Virus record (IMG/VR): IMGVR_UViG_3300044656_000027
Span: 47,290-111,289 of that record
Strand: one strand, 5' to 3'
Source: a virus
Taxonomy: Duplodnaviria; Caudoviricetes
Length of the DNA: 64,000 nt
Shown: positions 53,561 through 62,441 of the stretch, one piece after another
How positions within the stretch are numbered: the stretch's first letter is position 1
Layout of the letters: each line of letters starts with the position of its first letter
Position numbers and translations under genes: made by a program
Notes under the pieces: model-generated
Databases searched by the model: none
Seen by the model: the letters and a program-made list of their open reading frames with translations, nothing else
What the model was told of the DNA's origin: nothing

Positions 53561-54412
53561 ATGGCTGCACGTCGTAAGAACGCTGAGGCTGTCGAGATGC
53601 CCGTTTCCCCGTTCGACGTTCTCGTGACCCTGGTGGAGATGGAGAGCAGCGAGGAGAACCCGACCACGGTTGACGACATCGCGTCGGACCTGGCGGAGTT
53701 CCCGGAGCAGATTTCCACCGTGCTGGACCGCTTCAAGGCGGCTGGAATCGCTGAGAAGGGGGCAGACGGTTGGTACCTTCTGATGGAGGTCACCAAGAGC
53801 ACGGCGGCTCAGGTTCTCTCGGAGTACATGGACGAGAGCCCTACGGCCAAGCTTGCTGAGCCCGTGCCCGCTGAGAAGGTCGCGGTTCTCGCCGAGAATG
53901 CCAAGCCCAAGCGGACGCGTCGCACCAAGGCTCAGATTGCGGCCGACAAGGAGAAGGAGCGGGGGCGTCTGGAGTACGCCACGCGCGCCGCTGAGAGCCA
54001 GGATGCGGTTATGTCTCAGGCTCCCGAGCACAAGGCCCCTAAGCCCTCTGCAAAGCTCTTCAAGCCTGCCCCTGACGCTCTGCCAAAGGGTGCTAAGGTC
54101 GTCCTGTCGGATGGCTCCGTGGGAACAGTAATCTCCGATGAGGTGATCAAGGTCAAGGCTCCTGACTACGTGGCTCTGATCACGGGCATGATCGAGACCC
54201 TGACTGAGGAGCACGCGAACGCCACGAACGTCCGTGACGGTTACGGAGAGCCCTCGGAGATCCAGCCTCCCGCGCTTCCTCAGGGTGTCGCAGAGAACAC
54301 GTGGAATGGCGTCTTCAACGCCTACAGCGTGAGTCCTCGTGACACGTTCTCCGCGCGGCTGTTCTACGCCAAGAGGGCTCTTGCCCAGCACACGGCGGCA
54401 ATCGCGGCCTAG
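53561..54412 (+). CDS. Putative DNA-binding protein (N-terminal winged helix)
   Basis: TVDDIASDL...ISTVLDRFKAAGIAEK..GWY; KRTRRTKAQI basic motif. Confidence 0.55.
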   Translation: MAARRKNAEAVEMPVSPFDVLVTLVEMESSEENPTTVDDIASDLAEFPEQISTVLDRFKAAGIAEKGADGWYLLMEVTKSTAAQVLSEYMDESPTAKLAEPVPAEKVAVLAENAKPKRTRRTKAQIAADKEKERGRLEYATRAAESQDAVMSQAPEHKAPKPSAKLFKPAPDALPKGAKVVLSDGSVGTVISDEVIKVKAPDYVALITGMIETLTEEHANATNVRDGYGEPSEIQPPALPQGVAENTWNGVFNAYSVSPRDTFSARLFYAKRALAQHTAAIAA

Positions 54413-54559
54413 TAATTGATGGTGGAGACCCTGACAGTTTAGGGGTCAGGGTTTCTGCCATGGATTCCTAGGAGGGGATTTCAGTCGAGTAATGAGCTTT
54501 AGTGAAGCCCCGTTAATTCGGGGCTTTGCTATGGTCCATTAGTCGAAAGGAAATAGTAA

Positions 54560-54850
54560 ATGGCACTTATTGACAGGATCGAAAGGGCTGCTGATGACGT
54601 TGCAGTCCTCAGCGTGACACTGGCAGATGGGAACAAGCTTCCCGAGGGTGGCACCATCGATCAGGTAGAGCGAGGATTTACCCTCTTCTACGGTCTGTGG
54701 GGCTCTCTGGTCCTTCTGGTCACTCTGGTGTCTGCTCTGTTCGGAACGGCTGTGCTGGCCGTTGTGGGCACGCTTGGCGTCCTCTGGCTCCTGTTGCTTG
54801 CTGCGGGTGGTACGAGGGTAGAAAAGAAGATTCGAGCCGCTAATCGCTAG
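54560..54850 (+). CDS. Two-TM membrane protein
   Basis: Hydrophobic hairpin; AAGGA RBS. Confidence 0.6.
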   Translation: MALIDRIERAADDVAVLSVTLADGNKLPEGGTIDQVERGFTLFYGLWGSLVLLVTLVSALFGTAVLAVVGTLGVLWLLLLAAGGTRVEKKIRAANR

Positions 54851-54913
54851 TGAGCTTTAGTCTCTCTCGGAGCAATCCGAGAAAGGCTATGGCCTACTAG
54901 AAAGGAGACAGTA

Positions 54914-55078
54914 ATGGAAAGCTGGATCGCTCTGGAGACCATTGGAGAGCTCAGGGATTTCATTAAGAAGCTTCCTGACTCTGCCACATTGCAGACCCAA
55001 GAGTTTTGGGATGGTGAGGTTCAATTGACTTACATTGAGGCCACCATCACAGAGGACGGAAAGCTTATCGTCCGCTAG
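54914..55078 (+). CDS. Small hypothetical protein (54 aa)
   Basis: AAGGAG RBS; TIGELRDFIKKLPD. Confidence 0.55.
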   Translation: MESWIALETIGELRDFIKKLPDSATLQTQEFWDGEVQLTYIEATITEDGKLIVR

Positions 55079-55083
55079 AAACA

Positions 55084-55122
55084 CGAAAAGCCCTCTACCC
55101 AAATCGGTAGGGGGCTTTCGTT
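55084..55122. terminator. Terminator at convergence point
   Basis: aaagccctctacc...ggtagggggcttt. Confidence 0.65.
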
Positions 55123-55244
55123 GTATCTGATGGTTGTACTTTGCAGCGAAGACACAGGAGCCTGTCTAACAAGATCGTTCTATGGGGTACGTCTCTCAGT
55201 CCACCTAGACACTGACAGGCTCTCAGAAGGGCACACAGGACCGT

Positions 55245-55406
55245 CTAGGCTCCCTTCTTGGCACCATGGCCGAACTCACTAGCCGCTATGGCTCTGATCT
55301 GTGCGGCGGCTTTCTCTCGGCTCATGGGGTGCTTGCTGTAGGTCTTGCTGGTCCCCTTATGGGCGGCCTTGAATCCGCCCTTGACCTTACGTACCTCATA
55401 TGGCAT
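55245..55406 (-). CDS. Small basic protein (53 aa)
   Basis: MPYEVRKVKGGFKAAHKGTSKTYSKHPMSREKAAAQIRAI...; not in ORF track. Confidence 0.6.
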   Translation of the reverse strand: MPYEVRKVKGGFKAAHKGTSKTYSKHPMSREKAAAQIRAIAASEFGHGAKKGA

Positions 55407-55657
55407 AGCTCTATCCCTTACAAGTCCCTGTGTGGCTCTGTGACGCGCTCTGAGATGGTGTCTGGGGTGATGGGCTCAGTGTCCCTGTCCAGGCTCCCAG
55501 AGAGAGCGTCAGCAGACTTGCTAGGGCTAGTGCGGCTAGGGCTTGAATGCATGTGCCCTTATCCCATAAACGAAATGATGGTGACTCCATGAAAAACTCC
55601 TATAAACGACAAAAAGGCTTACCCCCTATTTTAGAGGTAAGCCTTTGAGTCTTGATA

Positions 55658-55906
55658 TTAGACGTACATGTCTTCGTCAATCTCCTCGCACTGAATGTCA
55701 ACGTAATCCGAGACATTCAGCCAACGAGTTGCAGCAAGGATGACATAGTTCTCGTTGTACTCATCCCAAATGGGATCAGACTCAGCGATGAACGTACGGT
55801 TATATCCCTTGTCGCGAACAACATCACCCGTACGGACAGAGGTAACCGGCTCATTCGGGTAAGTCTTGAGCATGGTAAAGCCTTTCATGTAATGGAGACT
55901 AGCCAC
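55658..55906 (-). CDS. Hypothetical protein
   Basis: ORF; true start probably the later MLKTYP. Confidence 0.5.
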   Translation of the reverse strand: MASLHYMKGFTMLKTYPNEPVTSVRTGDVVRDKGYNRTFIAESDPIWDEYNENYVILAATRWLNVSDYVDIQCEEIDEDMYV

Positions 55907-55959
55907 TCAGCTAGCCATAGTAAAGCCCCCGATTTCTCGGGGACTCCACTAAAGCTGTC

Positions 55960-56460
55960 TCAGTAGTTCAGATCAAAGATGTAGAACCAGCCCTCAAATT
56001 CAACCAGCTCGTAACCGTAGTAATCGGCGTAAGCCGTAACGGTCTCCTCAGCGTCCAGCACAACCCAAGAGGGGATGTTCAACATCTCCTCTTGGTACTC
56101 CTCCACAGCAGCCCACAGGTACTCAAGGCAAGAGCCCTCAGCAAGCTTGGCGTAGGTCATGTTCGAGAAGTTCGCAGACTCATCCACAGTGAGCCATGCC
56201 GCGATGGTGTGCGCGTCGTAGTCGCTTTCCTTGAGCTGATCGAACAGCTCAATCACGTCACGCTCAGAGCTGAGGTCCTTAAGAGCCTCATACTCGAAAG
56301 AGTTACCGTCGATCACAACGGACACCATCTCATAGCCCGCGCCGATCAGTCGAGAGTAAACACCCTCAAAGCGGTAGGTGTCGTGGTCCTCATTCAGGTT
56401 CACGTTAACGAACCGCTCACCCTTGTTGAAGACGACGCGAAGCTCACGGAAGTCAGACAT
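55960..56460 (-). CDS. ArdA-like acidic antirestriction protein (putative DNA mimic)
   Basis: Highly acidic; C-terminal IPSWVVLDAEE..AYAD..GYELVEFEGWFYIF resembles the ArdA C-terminus. Confidence 0.5.
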   Translation of the reverse strand: MSDFRELRVVFNKGERFVNVNLNEDHDTYRFEGVYSRLIGAGYEMVSVVIDGNSFEYEALKDLSSERDVIELFDQLKESDYDAHTIAAWLTVDESANFSNMTYAKLAEGSCLEYLWAAVEEYQEEMLNIPSWVVLDAEETVTAYADYYGYELVEFEGWFYIFDLNY

Positions 56461-56537
56461 TGTGTTTCCCTTCGGTGTGTTGGTTCTAGTGAACCAGACG
56501 GACTAGGGAGTGTCAACCCCCTAGACCATCCTACCCA

Positions 56538-56810
56538 CTAGAGCGTTTCGTAACGCCACGTGTAGGAAATACCTGCGTTGTCAATCCAGTTGAACTCGAA
56601 CGGTGCCCCACCATCGTGCGCCAACCACATGGCCATGATCATGGCAGCAGCGGACACATCCGTGGTATGCACCAGCTCATCCGCCACAGCAAGAGTACAC
56701 ATCGGCCAGTGCAGCGCAAGGTGTTCCCCGTGCTCGCAAGACTCAAGGCTGATCAGCTCGTTGGTGTAGACACCATCCAAGCCAATCTCAGTGATCGTGA
56801 CAGAAGTCAT
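56538..56810 (-). CDS. Hypothetical protein
   Basis: GGAGGG RBS; promoter TTGACA-N17-TAGCGT at 56858-56886. Confidence 0.6.
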   Translation of the reverse strand: MTSVTITEIGLDGVYTNELISLESCEHGEHLALHWPMCTLAVADELVHTTDVSAAAMIMAMWLAHDGGAPFEFNWIDNAGISYTWRYETL

Positions 56811-56886
56811 TGTGTTGCCCTCCCTTTCGTCGTAGCCCCGTTGGGCTGACGAGAAGAACGCTACACGTCTAGGCCGAACGTGTCAA

Positions 56887-57162
56887 CTAGGGCTTGTACG
56901 TGGCCTGTGCTCCTACGCTCCCACCGAAGTTCATAGCGTGTGTCGTAAGGGCTGCATTGCTGGTCACACGGTTCTGAAAGTTGGTTGCGTGGGTTGCGGC
57001 CTGTGCGGCTCTCGCTGTGCTACCTAGGGCCGTCTGTAGCTTCGTGGCAGCGTCTGCCACAGAGGTGCACGCGATCAGTTGCGGATCGCCAATGGTCTGG
57101 TGTGCCGTGTATGCTGTGGTCTGAGCCACAATCTTTGTGTTGTACAGTACGAGTGTTGGCAT
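56887..57162 (-). CDS. Ala/Thr-rich hypothetical protein
   Basis: AAGGG RBS before MPTLVL; start trimmed. Confidence 0.5.
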   Translation of the reverse strand: MPTLVLYNTKIVAQTTAYTAHQTIGDPQLIACTSVADAATKLQTALGSTARAAQAATHATNFQNRVTSNAALTTHAMNFGGSVGAQATYKP

Positions 57163-57332
57163 GGTGTGCCCTTTCTGTAGTTGGTACATCCATGGTACTT
57201 GACACAGCCTCTAGCGTGTGATTGACTGTAGTCATGAACGGAGCGCTTGCGCTCTAAGCCCCACTGGTCGGGGGAGTCGGCCACCTACGGATTCGTACCA
57301 AGCCTGCCCGAAAATAATTAGGAGGAGCACGA

Positions 57333-57578
57333 ATGGATAACGCGACTGCTCGTGAATTCGTGATCTACAGCGCGAGCTTGATCACTCTGGCCAAGCAGAT
57401 GCGAGATCGTCTGAGTGTCAGTGACTTCCTTGAGGTCTACTCGGGGGATGGTCGTGGACAGAAGAAGCGGGTGCTGAATCTGATGATCGATCTTGGTCTG
57501 GTAGTTGTGGAGGCTCGTTACGATAATGGGGAGCCCGCAACTGTTCGTTGGGCACGAAAGCTTCTTCCCTCTATCTAA
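57333..57578 (+). CDS. Small winged-helix-like protein
   Basis: AGGAGGAG RBS; KRVLNLMIDLGLV. Confidence 0.55.
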   Translation: MDNATAREFVIYSASLITLAKQMRDRLSVSDFLEVYSGDGRGQKKRVLNLMIDLGLVVVEARYDNGEPATVRWARKLLPSI

Positions 57579-57649
57579 TTTCACATGAAAAATCCCCCGA
57601 TTTCCACTTAGGATTTCGGGGGATTTCTGCTCCGACTTTTCAGCCATTT

Positions 57650-58111
57650 CTACTTCTCGTAGTATAGAAATTCCGTTTCACTCTTTAAGTAGATTATGGC
57701 TTTTTCGAGTTCTGCAATGCTGTCGTGGAACTTTCCCAGAGCTGTATTGTGATCCATGCACAGCAGTCCTCTAAGGCGACCTGTTTTGTGATCATGGTCA
57801 ATGGCCAAACGCTCAGTGCTTCCGCAAATGAAACAGCTACGGTTAGCCTTTAATTCTTCCACTTCCCTCATCGGAATATTAAAAATGGGATGCAGCTTGT
57901 CCTTCTTGGCTTCCTGACGAAGTTTCTTGGCGGCTGCTCTGGCTTCCTTGGCTCGCTTATTGATTTCATCGCGTGATTGACGGTACTTAACCCCACAAGA
58001 CCAACGAGCGCCATTGCTATTGGTCATCATATCTACTGGGCCACACTCTGAGCAGTCTGCTGTAAGAAGATCAAAATCCTTGTTAGTCAGACGATGCGTC
58101 CATTTACCCAT
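57650..58111 (-). CDS. Endonuclease VII-family (HNH-like) nuclease
   Basis: CFICG...LAIDHDHKTGRLRGLLC..HNTALG. Confidence 0.88.
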   Translation of the reverse strand: MGKWTHRLTNKDFDLLTADCSECGPVDMMTNSNGARWSCGVKYRQSRDEINKRAKEARAAAKKLRQEAKKDKLHPIFNIPMREVEELKANRSCFICGSTERLAIDHDHKTGRLRGLLCMDHNTALGKFHDSIAELEKAIIYLKSETEFLYYEK

Positions 58112-58169
58112 GAAAAACCTCCTGTGTAGTAAGTCTAGAAAACTTATTATACAGGAGGTTTTTCGTTAT

Positions 58170-58436
58170 TTAATTTCCGTTTAGCAGATTGTCCCAATTA
58201 GTCTCATTGACATTAGCCTGTGCTGCGAATTGTGTTTCCAGGAACAGCATCAAATACTCTCTGGCTTCTCCAGAGATTACGATATCTGTCAGGTGTCCAG
58301 GTTGATCAATAGTAATGCCGATCTTATCCAGATCATAGGCTGAGATAGTCATACCGTCATCAAACTCAGCTACCAGTCCCTCACCATCAAGAACTGCGTC
58401 AACCATCTCATCAAAGTCATTAAACTGCGAAGCCAT
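58170..58436 (-). CDS. Acidic hypothetical protein
   Basis: Coupled ORF. Confidence 0.55.
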   Translation of the reverse strand: MASQFNDFDEMVDAVLDGEGLVAEFDDGMTISAYDLDKIGITIDQPGHLTDIVISGEAREYLMLFLETQFAAQANVNETNWDNLLNGN

Positions 58437-58605
58437 CTACGTACCCTTCTCCGAAGCAAACAATACAATCTGTGTCATATTCTCGATCTAAGCCACTACC
58501 ATAGCAAGCCTGGCATCTGAATCCCTCAGGCTCAGTGTCAAACCATTCAGGTTCGATATCGTCTTGGTAATCCCAATCGACATCTTCCTCATCAAATTCT
58601 AACAA
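58420..58605 (-). CDS. Small acidic Zn-finger protein
   Basis: CQACYGSG...CIVCFGEG (DnaJ-type CxxCxGxG). Confidence 0.6.
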   Translation of the reverse strand: MLEFDEEDVDWDYQDDIEPEWFDTEPEGFRCQACYGSGLDREYDTDCIVCFGEGYVDGFAV

Positions 58606-58611
58606 TGGTAG

Positions 58612-60129
58612 TTACTCCTGTTCAATTTCATACACGGGGATATCAATAAAATCGTCATTGAATCCGAGGGCTTGAGCGGCGCTCTGAACGTTCTGTGGGG
58701 CCGGTAGGGCATGCAAAGGCTTGGTGTTGGCTACGTCTCCGAAGATCCTGTCAACCATGCTCATTTCACCCTGTTGCTTGGCTGTGATGGTCAGTGAGAA
58801 GCCCTCTTGCTCAATGGTGTGCTTCTTTTCAATGAGCTTTCCAAGTCTGTCAATTTCGGCAGAAAGAATAGGATCAGCACTTCCACCTTCGATGTCTTCC
58901 ACCATTTTCATAAACATAACACGCTGTGTTTGCATGGAAACCAAGGCATTCATGAGGCTTTGCATTTGTTCCTTAGTTTCCACCTGAATTGGGATGTCAT
59001 AGGCACATGTTGCATTATTCTCAAACATTGGGCACTTGGCAGCCAGGAAACAGGTGTCACAGATACGCATAGAATCAGAACGTACATGGATCATGGAGCG
59101 CTCTACGTATTCTGTCTCGCCCGTGTCCTTATTGCGCTTCTTCTCTGTGTCTACAGTGAAATTCAGCAGTGGAAGGATGGTTCTTTCAGAGGCTTCTCGC
59201 GGTCTCGCAGTTGGTACTCTATTCTGGGGTGTTTTCTCAACAGTACCAACATCGTCATAGTCAAATTCCGTGAAGTCCTCATCGCTGGAATTCATTGGTG
59301 AAGTTACTCCTGTGCTCTTTCTATTGATCTTATTCTCCAATTGGGTCCAAGACCAAAGGGAGAGTCGTAGTAATTCTTTTGGATCGTTGGCCTGAATCTT
59401 ATCATAATCAAATCCAGATCGAATGATTACAGCCTTTTCCTTCTTACGCGCCTGTTCCTTCATGCTTTTTGGGTAGCGCTTTAGCTGATTGTGAGACCAA
59501 ATAATAGTGTCACCATACCTCTGTGGAGTAGTCCAAGAGGTCGAAGATACACTAGTCCATGGCAAAGCCTGCATAATATCAGGCTTGGTCATTGCCAATC
59601 CGTGAATTTCTATTCCGAAGGAAGCCATTCGACTGAGTACGGGGATGAGGTCACGGCCATTGAGAGTAGTCTGCGTAACTCCGACCCTGCCAAAACGCTC
59701 TCCCAGCTCACGTAAGTCTCCAGAGGTACTATCGTCTCCTCGCCAGATTGGTAGAACCTTGTCGTAGTACAGGTCATGGAAACTATTCCGCATTTCTTCA
59801 AGGTATCCAGTACCCAACTGTAGAGCATCAAATTCGGAGAAGAGTTCAATGGACTCGATATTCTGGCCAACCCATGAATAGTAATTGTCTGCAATGGTTC
59901 TGAGTTCATCGTATGTGTATTTCTGCTCCACTGAATTGTTGAGGGTAGAACATCCTGAGTCCACAAATAGGTGGTGACCTTCTGGAAAGTATTTGGTCAC
60001 AGCCCATTTCTCTGGTGTCTTGGTTCGTTTTAATAGTCCGAGAAAAGACATAGAACTCCCACCTATGTTCATCTCCTTAATGAGATTTCTATAGGTTGGG
60101 AGTTCTGCGCCTTGGAAGTAAATGCGCAC
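58612..60129 (-). CDS. TGT/DpdA-like TIM-barrel protein with C-terminal Cys cluster
   Basis: LFVDSG, VLPIW, IHGLAMT, W.SVSSTSW; CDTC.....CP.......C. Confidence 0.6.
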   Translation of the reverse strand: MRIYFQGAELPTYRNLIKEMNIGGSSMSFLGLLKRTKTPEKWAVTKYFPEGHHLFVDSGCSTLNNSVEQKYTYDELRTIADNYYSWVGQNIESIELFSEFDALQLGTGYLEEMRNSFHDLYYDKVLPIWRGDDSTSGDLRELGERFGRVGVTQTTLNGRDLIPVLSRMASFGIEIHGLAMTKPDIMQALPWTSVSSTSWTTPQRYGDTIIWSHNQLKRYPKSMKEQARKKEKAVIIRSGFDYDKIQANDPKELLRLSLWSWTQLENKINRKSTGVTSPMNSSDEDFTEFDYDDVGTVEKTPQNRVPTARPREASERTILPLLNFTVDTEKKRNKDTGETEYVERSMIHVRSDSMRICDTCFLAAKCPMFENNATCAYDIPIQVETKEQMQSLMNALVSMQTQRVMFMKMVEDIEGGSADPILSAEIDRLGKLIEKKHTIEQEGFSLTITAKQQGEMSMVDRIFGDVANTKPLHALPAPQNVQSAAQALGFNDDFIDIPVYEIEQE

Positions 60130-60999
60130 TTACACACGCTTTCTTGGTTCTGGTAGTGTCATCTTCTTTTGCATCAATCCTGCTTCCAAACGAGCACCCA
60201 TAGCCGCAAGACCCTGAGTGTTGCTGGAAGGCTTCTTAGTACCAACAGAGAAGTTGTTCTCTCGCCCTGTCTTAGCTGTCTCAGTGTCGGAGAGCTTAGG
60301 AAGACGTGTCTGAGGGCTTCCAGCGGGGTTCTGATGCTCTTTGAAGCTCCCAGAGCGGGGTTGTACCGTCAAGGGCTGTGCGGGCTTTCCTGGGGCTGGT
60401 GTAGGGCTTTGAGGAGTCATAGCTGCATTCATCTTGAGCGCCTGTCCATGAGCAGTGTTGATCTGCTGCTTTAGTGTACGCGCATGCTGCGCCTGTGTCT
60501 GTGCTGCTTGACGATTCATTTGATTCTGCATTGCAATAGCTTGACCATGAGCATGGTTGCGCTGTTGCTGCATGACCTTGGCTGCTTGAGCAGATGCCGC
60601 AGCGTGAGCCTGTGCAGCCTGTCCCTGAGGACCAGCAGGCATGGCAAAGGTTCTAGGTGCTGCCCCCTGTGCTGGGGCTGCTGTACCCGCCTTTACGTTC
60701 TTTGCATGAGCGGCTGCTGCCTTCTTTGCTGTTGCTTGTTGTGCAGCCGCAGCCTTGGCGGCATTCTTCTTTCTTGCATCGAATGCCTGATTTTCAAGCT
60801 TTGCATTGGCGTGAGCCTGATTATAGGCAGCCTGAGCCTGTCTTGCGTTCTGCTGCTGAGCTGCTGTAGCCATACGCTGCTTGCGTGCCTTGTTCTGCAA
60901 AACCTTGTGTTGGAGTTCACCAGCCATCTTAAATGCATTAGGCTTTGAAGCTTCGGCTGCTGCTACATGGTTGATATTCTCCATGTTTGGCATAACCAT
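60130..60999 (-). CDS. Ala/Gln-rich low-complexity protein
   Basis: Repeated AHGQA/AHA motifs. Confidence 0.55.
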   Translation of the reverse strand: MVMPNMENINHVAAAEASKPNAFKMAGELQHKVLQNKARKQRMATAAQQQNARQAQAAYNQAHANAKLENQAFDARKKNAAKAAAAQQATAKKAAAAHAKNVKAGTAAPAQGAAPRTFAMPAGPQGQAAQAHAAASAQAAKVMQQQRNHAHGQAIAMQNQMNRQAAQTQAQHARTLKQQINTAHGQALKMNAAMTPQSPTPAPGKPAQPLTVQPRSGSFKEHQNPAGSPQTRLPKLSDTETAKTGRENNFSVGTKKPSSNTQGLAAMGARLEAGLMQKKMTLPEPRKRV

Positions 61000-61007
61000 A
61001 TTGTCTC

Positions 61008-61508
61008 CTAGAAGATATCGGTAAGTCTAGTATCGGTTGCTCTAGCTTCCTGCTGTCTGATCTTCTCTGCCAATAGATCATCCCAAGGAGTTATCTCAGT
61101 TCTGAATCCAGGGCGGTGCTCAGGATGAGTGTACTGAGGGTGTAGGTAAAGGAATGAAGGAATACCAGCATTGAGTAATGCAGTAGCTACAGTGGTATCA
61201 GCTTCGAATACCAGAGACAGTGGACCTTGCTTTCGCAATCTACCAACCTGAGCTATTCGTCTGGAAGGAGCATCATCAGGATCAATGTCTTCCCAATAGA
61301 TTTCATTAACATGATCAGTAAGGCTGTTCATCAATAACCAATACTGAACCTTCTCTTTAGCTGCACTATCAATGATAAGGCTTACTCTATGATCCTTAAC
61401 TAAAGACTTATATAGTAAGAGACCTTGTACCAGAACACCACTGTCATTAGGTTGCTTAAGGATTCCATCAACAACAATAGCTACGTGATTACCCCATGAA
61501 TCCGCCAT
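61008..61508 (-). CDS. Degenerate HAD-like protein
   Basis: IVVDGIL N-terminus; Rossmann-like pattern. Confidence 0.45.
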   Translation of the reverse strand: MADSWGNHVAIVVDGILKQPNDSGVLVQGLLLYKSLVKDHRVSLIIDSAAKEKVQYWLLMNSLTDHVNEIYWEDIDPDDAPSRRIAQVGRLRKQGPLSLVFEADTTVATALLNAGIPSFLYLHPQYTHPEHRPGFRTEITPWDDLLAEKIRQQEARATDTRLTDIF

Positions 61509-62371
61509 TAATAGCTCCCAATTATATTATTTAGAGCCATTACAAGACCGTCTTGCTTAGCTCTTTGCCATTGGTAATTGTAGTAATCGCCATAGCCTTC
61601 TCCATTACCTGTGAAAGCTGCACGTCTACCCAAATGGATGGAGTCTAGCAGGTTGCGAGCCTCTTCGACAATCAGACGCTTATGAGCTGCTGCGTTGACA
61701 GCGTAGGGTGAACCTGGTAGCGTCTGAGCTTCTTCTCTCTGTACTGCATTGTAACGGTCCACTATAGCCTGTGTGGTCTGGATATTCAAGTCAGCAGCTC
61801 TGGCGAACTCTTCGGGATGCTGGAATACTGGACTTCCGCTCTTAGCTGGCTTGGTAGTCCATTCATCTTGCGTTAGATCGTATGCAGCATAAGGATGAAT
61901 ATTCATAATATCTTCCTTACCTGCACCAACTCCAGGATTAAGAAAGAACGTAACTTCGTAATGGTTGTAGTTATAGAGGTCATCATCCGTTAACGGAAAA
62001 CTTATATAAGCAGTGCTAGGCCAAAGATTAGTGCGCAAGTCAGCATCTATCTGTTCGGCGATCTCTTCTCTGGTGTCATATGCGAAGCGAGGATTACTCT
62101 GTACGAACTTGTCATAGTCTAGCCCGAATAGAACGTCAAGATCACCATTGCCACGTGCAGCACTCCATTGATAGCTGATACCAGAACCAGCCAGCCATAT
62201 ACGAGTCCAGCTATTGGCATCGCGATAACGAGAATCAAGATAATCCAGAAGAAGATTGATGAGGCGCGTTCTGACATTTTCCTTTAAGTGCGTCCCGTCG
62301 AATAGAAATGGATCAAGTGTTTCAGTCGGTCTGGAGAAATATCCGCTTTCTCCTGGGGTAATTGTTAGCAT
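61508..62371 (-). CDS. Pol-beta-superfamily nucleotidyltransferase
   Basis: LAGSGISYQW...GDLDVL...YEVTFF...AAYDL. Confidence 0.75.
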   Translation of the reverse strand: MLTITPGESGYFSRPTETLDPFLFDGTHLKENVRTRLINLLLDYLDSRYRDANSWTRIWLAGSGISYQWSAARGNGDLDVLFGLDYDKFVQSNPRFAYDTREEIAEQIDADLRTNLWPSTAYISFPLTDDDLYNYNHYEVTFFLNPGVGAGKEDIMNIHPYAAYDLTQDEWTTKPAKSGSPVFQHPEEFARAADLNIQTTQAIVDRYNAVQREEAQTLPGSPYAVNAAAHKRLIVEEARNLLDSIHLGRRAAFTGNGEGYGDYYNYQWQRAKQDGLVMALNNIIGSY

Positions 62372-62441
62372 GACTTTATCCTACCGTATAAAACGACAAA
62401 GGGGAAGCCCTATAAAGAGCTTCCCCTTAAGTCTAGCTGTA

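Noticed and set aside
55266-55592. 108-aa plus-strand ORF
   Set aside because: Lies past the terminator and is antisense to a better 53-aa minus-strand gene.
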